Assembly: GCA_043799545.1 (NCBI GenBank)
Contig: JAZDNO010000029.1
Location: 1 to 64,000, forward strand
Source: Methanobacteriota archaeon
GTDB taxonomy: Archaea; Thermoplasmatota; Thermoplasmata; SG8-5; DAIRED01
Reading direction: 5' to 3'
Length of the DNA stretch: 64,000 bases
Shown one piece after another: positions 18,925 to 28,768 of the stretch. The notes beneath the pieces were generated by a model. It was not told the origin of the DNA, made no database searches, and worked only from the letters and a program-made list of their open reading frames with translations. The translations under genes were made by a program, and so were the position numbers. Position 1 is the first letter of the stretch, and every line of letters starts with the position of its first letter.

Positions 18925-19116
18925 ATGAAAGGCAAAGTAAAATGGTACAACGGAGTGAAGGGATTCGGCTTTATAGCGGTCGAAGGCGCGAAAGATGTGT
19001 TCGTTCACAGGAACTCTATACCCGCCGGCACAACCCTGAACGAGGGCGACAACGTGGAATTTGAGACCGAGGACTCACCGAAGGGACCTCAGGCGACGAA
19101 GATAGTGAAACTTTAA
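18925..19116 (+). CDS. csp: Cold-shock domain protein
   Basis: [15 protein letters not shown]...DVFVH (RNP1/RNP2); GGAGGTGA ribosome-binding site upstream. Confidence 0.93.
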   Translation: MKGKVKWYNGVKGFGFIAVEGAKDVFVHRNSIPAGTTLNEGDNVEFETEDSPKGPQATKIVKL

Positions 19117-19195
19117 ACCGTTAGGTTCGGCGCATAAATTTTTTCCAAATTTTTAAATAACCTAAGTTACACTATCGAAAGGATGGACATTTCAA

Positions 19196-22100
19196 TCAGC
19201 GCTTGACAGCCAGCGCGGCCGCGCATTTCGCAGACCAGAACCTATTTCCCATATCTTCGAAAAGGTCTATTGCGGTGGCCATAGCTTTCATGGCCTCGTC
19301 GGCGCGGCCCATCCGTTCCAATAGGATCGCCTCCTCGTAAAGCGTCCTGGCGAAATCTCGGCGCGCTTTCAATTCCGTGAAGATGCCTTTTGCCTCGCGG
19401 ATGCACTCCAACGCCGCGTCGAAGTCGCCCGCCTCCCTCAGGCACATCGCAATGGCCCTGTGTGCCATGCCGATGTCTATCTTGCATCCCGATTCTACGA
19501 GAATCGCCAGCCCCTCGCGCGCCTTTTCCAAAGCCCCTTCCACAACACCGTCTGCCAGAGCCAGCTCCGCCAGATCCGTCATCGCCGATGCCGCGTCAGC
19601 CCTGTTTCCGTTTGCGCGGTCAAGTGCCAAACGCTCTTCTTGAAGCTTTCTGGCTTCGGTTGTTTGTCCGAATGCCCGGTGGCAATCTGACAGATTCTTG
19701 AATATCACAGGCAGCACAACCTTGTCCCCTATTTCCTCGAGAATGGCTTTGCTCTCTATGAACCGTTCGCGCGCTTTCTCATATTCGCCTTTAAATTTAA
19801 GCTGGTTTCCTATGTTGTTCAGCGTGTATGCCACGCCCTTTCGGTCGCCGATTCGCCTCCGGGTCTCCAGGCTGCGCGAGAAATAATCGATGGCTAGTTC
19901 CACATCCCCCTTGTCCGAGTGCTGGCTCCCTATGTTGTTCAAAACGATTGCCTGGGCCTGGATGTCCCCGATTTTCTGGAAGCGGGCCAGGCTCGCCTTG
20001 AACATATCCCCGCTTTTTTCGTAATTCCCCATGTCGTTGTAGACGTTGCCGAGGTTCACCTCCGCCCTCGCCGTGAGCCTCTCGTCGCCGATTCCGAGCG
20101 AGATATCCTCCACAATGAGCATGCTTGCTAGCGCCGCTTCGAGATTCCCCCGCCGCCATTCGATCGTCCCCCTGAGATTGGCAGCCTCCAGGCGATCGCG
20201 CTGGTTCTCGGGGAATTCCAACAATTCCCTTTCTGCTTCGGTCAACCCCAGGATGGCTCCGTCGAATTCGCCTTTGAGCTTGCGCACGACTGCAATTTCA
20301 ATTAAAATCCTGCCGCGCTCCGCATCGCGCGTAGCCCCGAGCGAATGCATCGCCAGGTCAAGCACCTTCAGAGCTCCGTTATAATCACCCCTGCTCTGCA
20401 AGACGCTGGAAGTTTTGCGGAGCAGCCTTGCCTTGACGACCGGTTCCACGGATCCTTCGGCCGCCATGGAAAATCTACTCTCAGCCTCTGTGAACGCCCC
20501 CATATGCGTTAGTATATCGCCCATTCTTTCGTTCAGGTCTGCCATCATTACGAGGGATTCCGCCCCCTTCTGCATCCCCTGCAGCGCTTCCAGCGCTTTC
20601 CCGTAAAACGCGATGGCTTGTTCGACCGCGTACGCCGCCTCCGCCTTCTCCCCCGCCATGACGCCGTAACGGTATGCTTTTGGCTTGTCCGAAGTCATGG
20701 AGAAGTGCCTCGCCAGCTCGTAGGCGGCCTCGTCCAGCCGCCCGTCGTATGCCCGCTCGTAGTGCTCGCCCAGTCCCTTGTGGTAAACGCTCTTCCAGCG
20801 CGGAACGATGTTCCCGTATATGGCATCCCTGTAGAATGCGTGCGAGAACTCTCCCGCGCCAGATTCAGAGATGAGGACAATCCCCGCCTCCCTCAGCTTT
20901 TCCAGGGCCATCGGCGAGTCCTTAAGGGAGCGCATCGAAAGCGCGGCAGACACATGGAATTCCTTTCCGGCGCAAGAAGCGTACTCGGCGAGGGCAATGG
21001 CGTCGGGGTCAAGGGAGTCCAGACGGCGCTGCACAAGCTCGTCCACCGTCTTTGGCAGCGGTGTGTCTGCGAAGAGCAGGCTGTATCTTCCCTCTGAAAG
21101 GCGGATGTTCCCGTCTGCAAGCATCTGCCGCAGCACCTCCGTCAGGAAGAAGGGGTTGCCCTTGCATTCCAAGGCCATGCGAGATGAAAAACCCAGCGGG
21201 AAATCGTTCGGGGAGAATTCCTTGGTCAGAAGGGCGGAAACGGCATCCGCGCTTATCCCGCGCAGATCAAATACCTCCGCCGCTCCTTCTAATGACAGCT
21301 CCTTCAGAGCCCCGTCTACCTTAGGAGACTCGGATTGCCTCGAGGTCGCCACGACCAACAGCCTGGCCTGAGGCGCGTTCCGCGCCAGATAACCCAGGGC
21401 GTGCAGCGAACCTTCGTCGGTCCACTGGATGTCTTCGAGTACCAGCAAAACCGGACTCTGGCGCAATCGGCGCTGCAACCTCGTTAGAATCTGGTCGGCA
21501 ATCCTCAACCGTTCCTTGTCGAGCTTCACCCCGGCAAGTTCGCGCCTGACGAGGAAGCGCGCGGTCGCGAGTTTCTCTATCTCCCTCTGCACCGCCGTGA
21601 CCGATTCCGTGCGCCCGCCCCAGGTTTGTAAAATCGTTCCGTACGTCTGGGCGATGCGCTTCGCGCCGGACTTCACAAAAGGCGCCATCTCCTGGTGCTC
21701 TGTCCCCTTGAAGAAGGCGACCAGGATGGCCGGACCCATCGATTCCATGACTATCTTCATCTCCCCGTACTCGAGCCTGCCGAGGGAGCCCTCTCCGCCG
21801 CCGAACGAGTCCTTGACGAAATTTTGGACCGCCGTCAGCATGCCAGCGAAGATGTCGGAGTCCACATCCTCCGCGCCCTGTGGCACGGCTTTTGCCACGA
21901 GCAGGCCGCTCTCGTCTATCACTAGAATCTGGGCGAACGTAACGTGCTCCTCGCTCTGCACGAGGTCCTCGCCTAGAGATTTGCAGAAAGCCTCGTACGG
22001 GCGCGCGGAATCCTTCGAGAACACCCCCTGCACTACCTCGAACCCTTTGGATTTCGCGGCGCGTTGGATTTCTGCGACAAGCCTGGTCTTGCCCACGCCC

Positions 22101-22213
22101 GGTTCGCCTACTATGGAGACCGTTCGCCCCTCGCCTCCGCTTGCAACGTCCATGATTGCCGAGATGCGCTCCATCTCGGCCTCGCGTCCGAAAATCCCCC
22201 AGTCACGAATCAA
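19196..22213 (-). CDS. STAND-class (AAA_16-like) ATPase with longin-like insertion and C-terminal TPR array
   Basis: Walker A GEPGVGKT, Walker B LLVLEDIQW, GNPFFLTE motif, multiple TPRs (e.g. LNNIGSQHSDKGDVELAIDYFSRSL). Confidence 0.8.
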   Translation of the reverse strand: MIRDWGIFGREAEMERISAIMDVASGGEGRTVSIVGEPGVGKTRLVAEIQRAAKSKGFEVVQGVFSKDSARPYEAFCKSLGEDLVQSEEHVTFAQILVIDESGLLVAKAVPQGAEDVDSDIFAGMLTAVQNFVKDSFGGGEGSLGRLEYGEMKIVMESMGPAILVAFFKGTEHQEMAPFVKSGAKRIAQTYGTILQTWGGRTESVTAVQREIEKLATARFLVRRELAGVKLDKERLRIADQILTRLQRRLRQSPVLLVLEDIQWTDEGSLHALGYLARNAPQARLLVVATSRQSESPKVDGALKELSLEGAAEVFDLRGISADAVSALLTKEFSPNDFPLGFSSRMALECKGNPFFLTEVLRQMLADGNIRLSEGRYSLLFADTPLPKTVDELVQRRLDSLDPDAIALAEYASCAGKEFHVSAALSMRSLKDSPMALEKLREAGIVLISESGAGEFSHAFYRDAIYGNIVPRWKSVYHKGLGEHYERAYDGRLDEAAYELARHFSMTSDKPKAYRYGVMAGEKAEAAYAVEQAIAFYGKALEALQGMQKGAESLVMMADLNERMGDILTHMGAFTEAESRFSMAAEGSVEPVVKARLLRKTSSVLQSRGDYNGALKVLDLAMHSLGATRDAERGRILIEIAVVRKLKGEFDGAILGLTEAERELLEFPENQRDRLEAANLRGTIEWRRGNLEAALASMLIVEDISLGIGDERLTARAEVNLGNVYNDMGNYEKSGDMFKASLARFQKIGDIQAQAIVLNNIGSQHSDKGDVELAIDYFSRSLETRRRIGDRKGVAYTLNNIGNQLKFKGEYEKARERFIESKAILEEIGDKVVLPVIFKNLSDCHRAFGQTTEARKLQEERLALDRANGNRADAASAMTDLAELALADGVVEGALEKAREGLAILVESGCKIDIGMAHRAIAMCLREAGDFDAALECIREAKGIFTELKARRDFARTLYEEAILLERMGRADEAMKAMATAIDLFEDMGNRFWSAKCAAALAVKR

Positions 22214-22348
22214 ACGAAACCTCGCACCCAGTAATGGTCATGTTGGGATTAATAACTGTCGCACGGCACGGGCGAATGCGATTCGCCGCAGATGCCGGCG
22301 GCGCGACTATGGCAAACTCTTAATCCCCGTATACGGATGAACCCTCAG

Positions 22349-23614
22349 ATGTTGCTCTTCACCAATTGGCTCGGCAGTTTCCTCGTCGAGAATGGCCAGC
22401 TAACGGACAAGCGGCTCTTCCCGAAGGACGCCAGGGAGATAGCCCGCCGCCTGGCCGCCGTCCAGGACTTCGAGGTTCTGCCCGAGGAGCTGGAGCTTTC
22501 GCGCGGGCTGGAAGGTCTGGAAGTCTCAGAGAAGCGGCTTGCAAAGCTGGGGAATTACATACGCCAGCCTGTTCCTTTCGTAGCGCCGGAGGAGCACGGG
22601 TTCGAAGCAAGGCTGCTGCACGAGGCGATGCTAATAGTGGCGAAGGAACGGACCCGCGCGGCGGTAGGTCCCGACGTGCACCTGATCCATGCGATAGACG
22701 CTCTGGACGAGCTGGCGAAGCAGCACAATTACCAGCTGGAGCGCCTCCGCGAATGGCACGGCGCGCACTTTCCGGAATTCTCCGGCCTCGTCGGCGATGA
22801 GAGATACCTGGCGATGCTATGCGCGGGCCCCGAGCGCGAGCGCCTGTCTGTGGAACTCGGTCTCGAAGGGGAGAGCCTCGGAGCGGAGGCTTCGGAGGAG
22901 GACCTCGCAGCCATCAAGGAACTGGCCGTCGCCGCGAGCGGGACGATGAACGCCAGAAAATCCACGGAAGAATACATCCGTTCAAGGGCGCGCCAGCTTG
23001 CCCCGAACACGTCGGACGTCGTGGGAGAGCTTCTTGCGGCGAGGCTCATAGCTCTCGCTGGGGGGATGGAGCGCCTGGCAAGGATGCCCTCAAGCACTGT
23101 GCAGGTGTTGGGAGCGGAGAAGGCGTTCTTCAAGCACATCAAGACCGGGGCGAGGCCGCCGAAGCACGGAGCGATATTCCAGCACCCCCTGGTTCACCGC
23201 GCCCCCTACTGGCAGCGCGGAAAGGTCGCACGCGCTATGGCCGGCAAGATATCCATAGCTGCGAAGGTCGACTTCTACCGCGGAAAAATCGACGGTGGAG
23301 ACCCGAACATTGGGAAGGACCTGGCGGCGGTGGTCGAGGCGCGGGCGAAAGCGGTTGGCAGGCAGTTCCCCGTGGCTCCGAAAAGGATGAGAATCATCAG
23401 GCAGGATACGAGGGGCGGAGGGCGCAACGAAGGGAGGCGCGGCGACCGTCAGGGCGGGAGGGGAAGTCACGACCGGGGCGGGCGCGGCAGGGGCGACAAG
23501 CACCGCGGCGTGAATTGGCGCGATGACCGGGGGGGCAGCGAACGCCCTATTGTCGGCAAGTCTGATGGTCATCCGGATTGGCAGAAGGGCAGAAGGATGA
23601 ACAAAAGGCGTTGA
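22349..23614 (+). CDS. nop5: Nop5/Nop56 C/D-box sRNP core protein with RG-rich tail
   Basis: ERLREWHGAHFPE, LAARLIALAGG, PSSTVQVLGAEKAFF, PPKHGAIFQHP, RGKVARAMAGK. Start uncertain (22337 or 22349). Confidence 0.9.
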   Translation: MLLFTNWLGSFLVENGQLTDKRLFPKDAREIARRLAAVQDFEVLPEELELSRGLEGLEVSEKRLAKLGNYIRQPVPFVAPEEHGFEARLLHEAMLIVAKERTRAAVGPDVHLIHAIDALDELAKQHNYQLERLREWHGAHFPEFSGLVGDERYLAMLCAGPERERLSVELGLEGESLGAEASEEDLAAIKELAVAASGTMNARKSTEEYIRSRARQLAPNTSDVVGELLAARLIALAGGMERLARMPSSTVQVLGAEKAFFKHIKTGARPPKHGAIFQHPLVHRAPYWQRGKVARAMAGKISIAAKVDFYRGKIDGGDPNIGKDLAAVVEARAKAVGRQFPVAPKRMRIIRQDTRGGGRNEGRRGDRQGGRGSHDRGGRGRGDKHRGVNWRDDRGGSERPIVGKSDGHPDWQKGRRMNKRR

Positions 23615-23898
23615 AGTGCTGCCATTTGAGCCCGTAACAATTATCGTCTATAAGGCCGATAGAAACTCGTCGGTGGATATTTCCGAATCTCTGAGTATCG
23701 CCTTGAGCGTCCCTCGCGCAAGCTCTGAGTGGTTCGGAAAATTCATGGAGGCACATTAATATCATAACGCTGGTGGATTAATTTATTGGTAGTACATTTA
23801 ACCAGCCATTTCCAATCATTTTAATGAAACCATAAGGTATAACTGCACTTCGATAAAACCATGAGTAACTCACATGTGACAAATTCATTTATATTCTG

Positions 23899-24615
23899 AT
23901 GCGCACAATATCTGACTTAATGCAGCCTCGAATCATAGTCAAAATCGCCCGATTGCTATTGGCATTCAGCATTACCGTGGCGCTCCTCCTCCCTGCGATA
24001 GACTGCGCGAAAGGTGAATCTGCGCGAACCGTCCTAATTAAAATCACCCAGGAAATCGACGGATGGCACGTAACGTTCGGGGAGCCGACAATGCCTGTAT
24101 CGCTGTCTGAAATTAATATGCGATACTATACGCCGTACAGCGGTTTTGGCAGCCAATTCAACTTGTATACTTTAGAAGAACTCACCGCTCTGGATAATTC
24201 TACCATCTATGTAAAATATGTCCAGATAAATGAGGGGGCGAGTAATCTCACACAAGGGGATTACCTATGGTTGAACTCTAATTATTTTTTCAATAATGAT
24301 ACTATTTGGCTCAATAACATTCACTCAGACCGCATTTCTTACCCCTGGATTTATCTGATAAACGATACCTTGATGGTAATTTCCCTAGACCCGAATATCA
24401 ATTATAACAACCGTTTGGCCGATTATTATGGAATGATAGGGGGCATCGTTTTCATTTGCGGCGCATCCCAGTTCGCCGTCGGGGTCCCCATCCTGCTACT
24501 GAAAAGAAAAACAGCGTACGATCGGTGGCTTCTGGCGCTGTGCCTGGCATCAATTTTGATGATGCTTTTCGGAGGTGCCCTACATTTCATTTCAATGACA
24601 TCGTATTATACATGA
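23899..24615 (+). CDS. AT-rich hypothetical exported membrane protein (signal peptide, two C-terminal TM helices)
   Basis: Hydrophobic N-terminus, two C-terminal hydrophobic segments; composition visibly more AT-rich than flanks. Confidence 0.6.
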   Translation: MRTISDLMQPRIIVKIARLLLAFSITVALLLPAIDCAKGESARTVLIKITQEIDGWHVTFGEPTMPVSLSEINMRYYTPYSGFGSQFNLYTLEELTALDNSTIYVKYVQINEGASNLTQGDYLWLNSNYFFNNDTIWLNNIHSDRISYPWIYLINDTLMVISLDPNINYNNRLADYYGMIGGIVFICGASQFAVGVPILLLKRKTAYDRWLLALCLASILMMLFGGALHFISMTSYYT

Positions 24616-24662
24616 TTACACAAAGGAGTGCCATGTTCGTTACTCTCAATCAATTGATGGCA

Positions 24663-25469
24663 TTAAACCAATTTTTCGACCTTCCAGGCAATTCCTTTCC
24701 CCGATTTTCGCGCGCTCAGCAAATCCCCGTTCCCCATCACGCGCCAGCTCCCCTTGCGCGACTTCTCGGACATGACCACGAGCTTCGTTTTTCCGGGCAG
24801 GTAGCACATGGTGTAGTATCCCTGGTCGCCCATGCACAGCGAATATGGCCGCTTCTTGGGTTGCGTGGAATACCTGCACCAGGCATAAAGCTCGTTCTCT
24901 CGCGCCAGCACGATATTCAGGCTCGTGAAAGGGCCCTCCTTCAGCGTGCAGCCATCCTCCAGACGCTTTTCGACGAGCTCCAACGCCTGTGCCACGTCTC
25001 CTTTCTCCTCGAAAGCCCTGATGAAGTGCCAGAAGTAAAGCTCGCTGTCGTTCGTGCCCTGCACAAGTTTCGCATATTTTCCCAGCGCCTTCTTCGCTCC
25101 TGCGGAGTCGTTGACCTGACCGTTGTGAACGAAGGCCCAGCCGTGTGCGCAGAAAGGCTGCACATTCTCCGGGACACGCAACTTAGCCTTGGTGAGATTC
25201 ATCGGATTGCTCGCCCGGCGCAGATGCGCTAACCCGACGGAAGATTCAAGGCCACGCGCCACAGACTCGAATGCTGGGCGCTCGCGGTACGCGGCTCCTG
25301 TGCTGCGGACCCAGAACAGGGTATCAGACGGTGCGGCGAAGCCCCAGCCGTCAGCCTGGGGTTTCTCCTTCGCGGCGTTCGACTGGGCAAGGAGTGAGCA
25401 GGGGTCGCCAATTAGGAAACTTACGTAACGCGAGGGTTTTACAGATAGCGCGCCGAAGAGCCGGCACAT
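24663..25469 (-). CDS. Class II glutamine amidotransferase (YafJ/EgtC-like Ntn hydrolase)
   Basis: N-terminal MCRLFG nucleophile, DGWG, AHLRRAS, FVHNG, GTNDSE. Confidence 0.85.
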   Translation of the reverse strand: MCRLFGALSVKPSRYVSFLIGDPCSLLAQSNAAKEKPQADGWGFAAPSDTLFWVRSTGAAYRERPAFESVARGLESSVGLAHLRRASNPMNLTKAKLRVPENVQPFCAHGWAFVHNGQVNDSAGAKKALGKYAKLVQGTNDSELYFWHFIRAFEEKGDVAQALELVEKRLEDGCTLKEGPFTSLNIVLARENELYAWCRYSTQPKKRPYSLCMGDQGYYTMCYLPGKTKLVVMSEKSRKGSWRVMGNGDLLSARKSGKGIAWKVEKLV

Positions 25470-25474
25470 GCAAT

Positions 25475-26527
25475 TCAGAGCCCCAGCGCCTTCGCCACAT
25501 CCACGTTCTTCCGTATCCCCTTCTCGATTTGGGCAATCTTCGCTTCCTCCGTGGGCCTGACCTCCGGGACGATTCGCTCGACGAGCTTCGCTGTTGTGTA
25601 TGTGTCGGTCTGGACCGAGAGAATCGGAACGCCGACCTCCTCTGCCTTTGCGAGTATGTTCGAATGCGGGACCACGCCGTTCGTGAGGATAATCCCCGAA
25701 GTGTTGCTCTCAAGGGCCAGAAGGATGAAGTCCACCCTGTCGCCGCTTGTGATGATTAGCTTGTGAGGCTCGTGGAACGCCCGCACTGCGATGGCGGACT
25801 CCGCGCTCATCGCCCCGACCCGCACCCTTTCGACAGCCCTCCCGAGCCCGCCGCCACCGGCCAGGACCTTCGCGGAGAGCTTTTCCACGACAGTATCCAT
25901 GGTCAGACGCCCTATCTCCGGCAGCTCGGGCACCATGCCGTAGATGTTCATGGAGAAATCGTCCTTGAGCGCATCGGCGGCCCAGCCCATCTTCTCGCTC
26001 CAGGCCGGAGATATCCGATTGATGATGACGCCGTTCAGTTTGATTCCAGCGTCGCTTGCGCATTCGTTGAAGACAGCGCATTTGTCATAGACTATGCCTG
26101 GGTCGCCGTCCGCGACAAGCAATATCTCTGCGTCCAGCGCGCGCGCTATTGAAATAGCATCCAGCCCCGCCCACCTGCCGTACGAGAAGTTGAACGCGCT
26201 CTCTACCAGAACGATGTCCCGGCCGGCAGAGACGGCTTTTAGGTGGCGCCTGAGCTCCTTGGACATGTCCGTCGTCTTGCTCTGCTTCCAAAGCAGCTCG
26301 TAATCGAATCCGAGGCAATGTCCCTCGGGGGCTCCGGGCGCGCCCAGAACGCTGCGGAAAAGGATGGCGTCGCTATCAAGAAGGTGTTTCTTTTTGTAGA
26401 CCATCCTGTCGCCGAAAGGCTTCAGGTAACCGATTTTCACGCCAATCGAGGCGAGGGCGCAGCCCAGGCCCACCGTCGTCTTGCCTGCAGACGTTCTCGT
26501 CGAAGTCACGACCATGGTTTCGCTCAA
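25475..26527 (-). CDS. Phosphotransacetylase N-terminal-like protein (AAA_26 + DRTGG domains)
   Basis: TSAGKTTV, GYLKPFG, IITSGDRVD, GIILTNG; start overlaps the upstream stop. Confidence 0.85.
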   Translation of the reverse strand: MSETMVVTSTRTSAGKTTVGLGCALASIGVKIGYLKPFGDRMVYKKKHLLDSDAILFRSVLGAPGAPEGHCLGFDYELLWKQSKTTDMSKELRRHLKAVSAGRDIVLVESAFNFSYGRWAGLDAISIARALDAEILLVADGDPGIVYDKCAVFNECASDAGIKLNGVIINRISPAWSEKMGWAADALKDDFSMNIYGMVPELPEIGRLTMDTVVEKLSAKVLAGGGGLGRAVERVRVGAMSAESAIAVRAFHEPHKLIITSGDRVDFILLALESNTSGIILTNGVVPHSNILAKAEEVGVPILSVQTDTYTTAKLVERIVPEVRPTEEAKIAQIEKGIRKNVDVAKALGL

Positions 26528-28650
26528 GTTTCCTCACCGCCTTCGTCTTTTAGAGTTATTCGAGCGTCAAGAACGACGCACCCCTTCCCTGCGTCGAGAA
26601 CCATCAGCGGGTTGAGGTCCATCTCCAAGACGTCACGCAGGACATCCATCAGCCTGCCGACCTTGAAAATGGCCGATGCCGCGGACTCCACGTCCTTCGG
26701 GGGTTCGCCGCGAGCGCCGTAGAATATCGGTGCGCTCCTGATTCCCCGCACCATCGCCCTCGCCTCGCCCTCGCCGACTGGGGCCACCCTGAATGAGATG
26801 TCCTTCAGCACCTCGACGTATATCCCCCCCATCCCGAACATCACTACGTGGCCGAAGGCCGGGTCCGTCGAGCCGCCGACGATTGTCTCGACGCCACCAG
26901 TGACTTGCTCGCTGACCTGGATTCCCTGGATGGATGCGCCGGGGTAGCGCTGCTTGCACGAGGTCATTATCGCTTCGTACGCTATCGCAACCTCTTTTGC
27001 ATCGTCTATGTCAAGCTTCACGCCGCCAGCGTCGGTCTTGTGAACTATCTCCTTCGAAACGACCTTGAGGACGACTGGATACCCCATCGCTTCGGCCGCC
27101 TCGACGCACTCCGCAACGGTCCTGCAGACCTTGCTTCTAGGCTGGCGCAACCCGAGCAGCGATATGACCTCGGAAACCTCCTGCGCAGAGAGCTGGGTTC
27201 GCTTCTCCGCCCGGGCATTTTTCACGATCGCCTTCGCGCGCCTGAGGTCGCAGTCGAAATCGCCAACGGGCTCCTCAGGCTTGTTGATGAAGCGCCAGCG
27301 TTTGTAAAGCGCCCCTAGCGATGAGACTGCGTCGACGGGATTCTGGTACGCCGGGTGCCCGGAATCGTTCAGGAAATCGAGCGCGCCTTTGACCGGGCCG
27401 CCGCCGATCATGGAAAAGACGCACGGCTTGCCCGAGTCCGTCTCGCGAATCACCCGGTCCATGGTCTTCGCCAGGTTCAGGGAGTTTGCATCGACTGTCT
27501 CGCAGTAAAGGCTGAGTACGGAATGCACGACTTTCTTGTCCGAGAGTCCAATCCTCATCACGCGCTCGTAGTCCGCGTCGCGGGCCTGGCCCGTCATGTC
27601 GACGGGATTCTTCGTGCTTCCGAACGGCAGTATCTGTCCTCCGAAAAGCTTGTCCAGGTAGGGCTGGTCGTCGAGCAGCGTCACCTCCGAGCGCTCGCAC
27701 GCGTCCGTCGCCAGCACGCCCATACCCCCCGCGTTTGTGATTATTAGCGTGCGCTCCCCCTTTGGTTGGGGCTGCGTGGCAAGAACCCTTATCCAATTGA
27801 ATGCCTCGTCCAGGTCCGAAGCGCGTAGGATTCCGCACTGGAGGAACGCCGCGTCGAATATCGCGTCGCTGCCCGCGAGCGAGCCCGTGTGGGAGGCGGC
27901 GGCCCTTGCACCCTTCTGCGAGCTGCCTGACTTGACAGCGACGATAGGCTTCCTCTTGACCACGCGCTTCGCCACATCCATCAGGTCCCGGCCCCGCTTC
28001 GTCCCCTCAAGGTAAAGGAAGATGACCTTGGTGTGCGGGTCCGCGTCGAAATGCTGGATGAGCTCCACCTCGCTCAGGTCGGATTTGTTGCCAAGGCTGA
28101 CTATGCCGGAGAGGCCAATCCGCTCCTCGATTGTCTTGCCGATGAGGGCTATCCCGAGCGCCCCGCTCTGTGTTATTATGGCGATGTTGCCCTTCGCCAC
28201 CTCCGCAGGACCGAACGTGCAGTTCAAATCGCTGGCGCGGGAGAAAAAACCGAAGACGTTTGGCCCAAGGATGCGCGAGCCGTACTTGCGCGCCGCCTGC
28301 ACGACTTCCGCCTCTTCCTTTCGCTTGCCGATTTCCTTGAAGCCTGACGATATCACCACGATGAATTTGATGCCCTTGCGCCCGCAGTTCTCGACCTCAT
28401 CCCGGACGCATGGAGCGGGTACTGCGACGACCGCCAGGTCAATGATCCCGGGCACATCAGCCACAGAAGGGTAGGACTTCTTCCCGTAAACATCCTCGGC
28501 GTTGGGGTTGATTGGGTAGACTTCCCCCTTGAAACCGTAGCCGACGATGTTGCGCACCAGGGTGTTGCCAATCTTCCCCGGAGTCCTCGACGCCCCGATG
28601 ATCGCGACAGAACGTGGGCTGAACATCCTTTCCAGCAGCGATGCCGTCAT
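26524..28650 (-). CDS. Acetate--CoA ligase (ADP-forming) family, fused alpha/beta subunits
   Basis: PRSVAIIGASR, GPNVFG, TQSGALG, GARAAASHTGSLAG, NPVDMTG, ATP-grasp YPVVLKVVS...HKTDAGGV, DLNPL. Confidence 0.9.
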   Translation of the reverse strand: MTASLLERMFSPRSVAIIGASRTPGKIGNTLVRNIVGYGFKGEVYPINPNAEDVYGKKSYPSVADVPGIIDLAVVAVPAPCVRDEVENCGRKGIKFIVVISSGFKEIGKRKEEAEVVQAARKYGSRILGPNVFGFFSRASDLNCTFGPAEVAKGNIAIITQSGALGIALIGKTIEERIGLSGIVSLGNKSDLSEVELIQHFDADPHTKVIFLYLEGTKRGRDLMDVAKRVVKRKPIVAVKSGSSQKGARAAASHTGSLAGSDAIFDAAFLQCGILRASDLDEAFNWIRVLATQPQPKGERTLIITNAGGMGVLATDACERSEVTLLDDQPYLDKLFGGQILPFGSTKNPVDMTGQARDADYERVMRIGLSDKKVVHSVLSLYCETVDANSLNLAKTMDRVIRETDSGKPCVFSMIGGGPVKGALDFLNDSGHPAYQNPVDAVSSLGALYKRWRFINKPEEPVGDFDCDLRRAKAIVKNARAEKRTQLSAQEVSEVISLLGLRQPRSKVCRTVAECVEAAEAMGYPVVLKVVSKEIVHKTDAGGVKLDIDDAKEVAIAYEAIMTSCKQRYPGASIQGIQVSEQVTGGVETIVGGSTDPAFGHVVMFGMGGIYVEVLKDISFRVAPVGEGEARAMVRGIRSAPIFYGARGEPPKDVESAASAIFKVGRLMDVLRDVLEMDLNPLMVLDAGKGCVVLDARITLKDEGGEET

Positions 28651-28768
28651 CGTCGCGAGGAAAACACGGAGCGCTAATAAGTTTATCGGGGGCGGCTTTG
28701 AAAAATGGCTTGGAGAAAGAGAGGGCTTTTATATCGTCCGGCCATCGCGCATCCATATGCCGACGGCC

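Noticed and set aside
23615-23760. Possible C/D-box sRNA downstream of nop5 (two CTGA motifs)
   Set aside because: No convincing C box (RUGAUGA) at a suitable distance.
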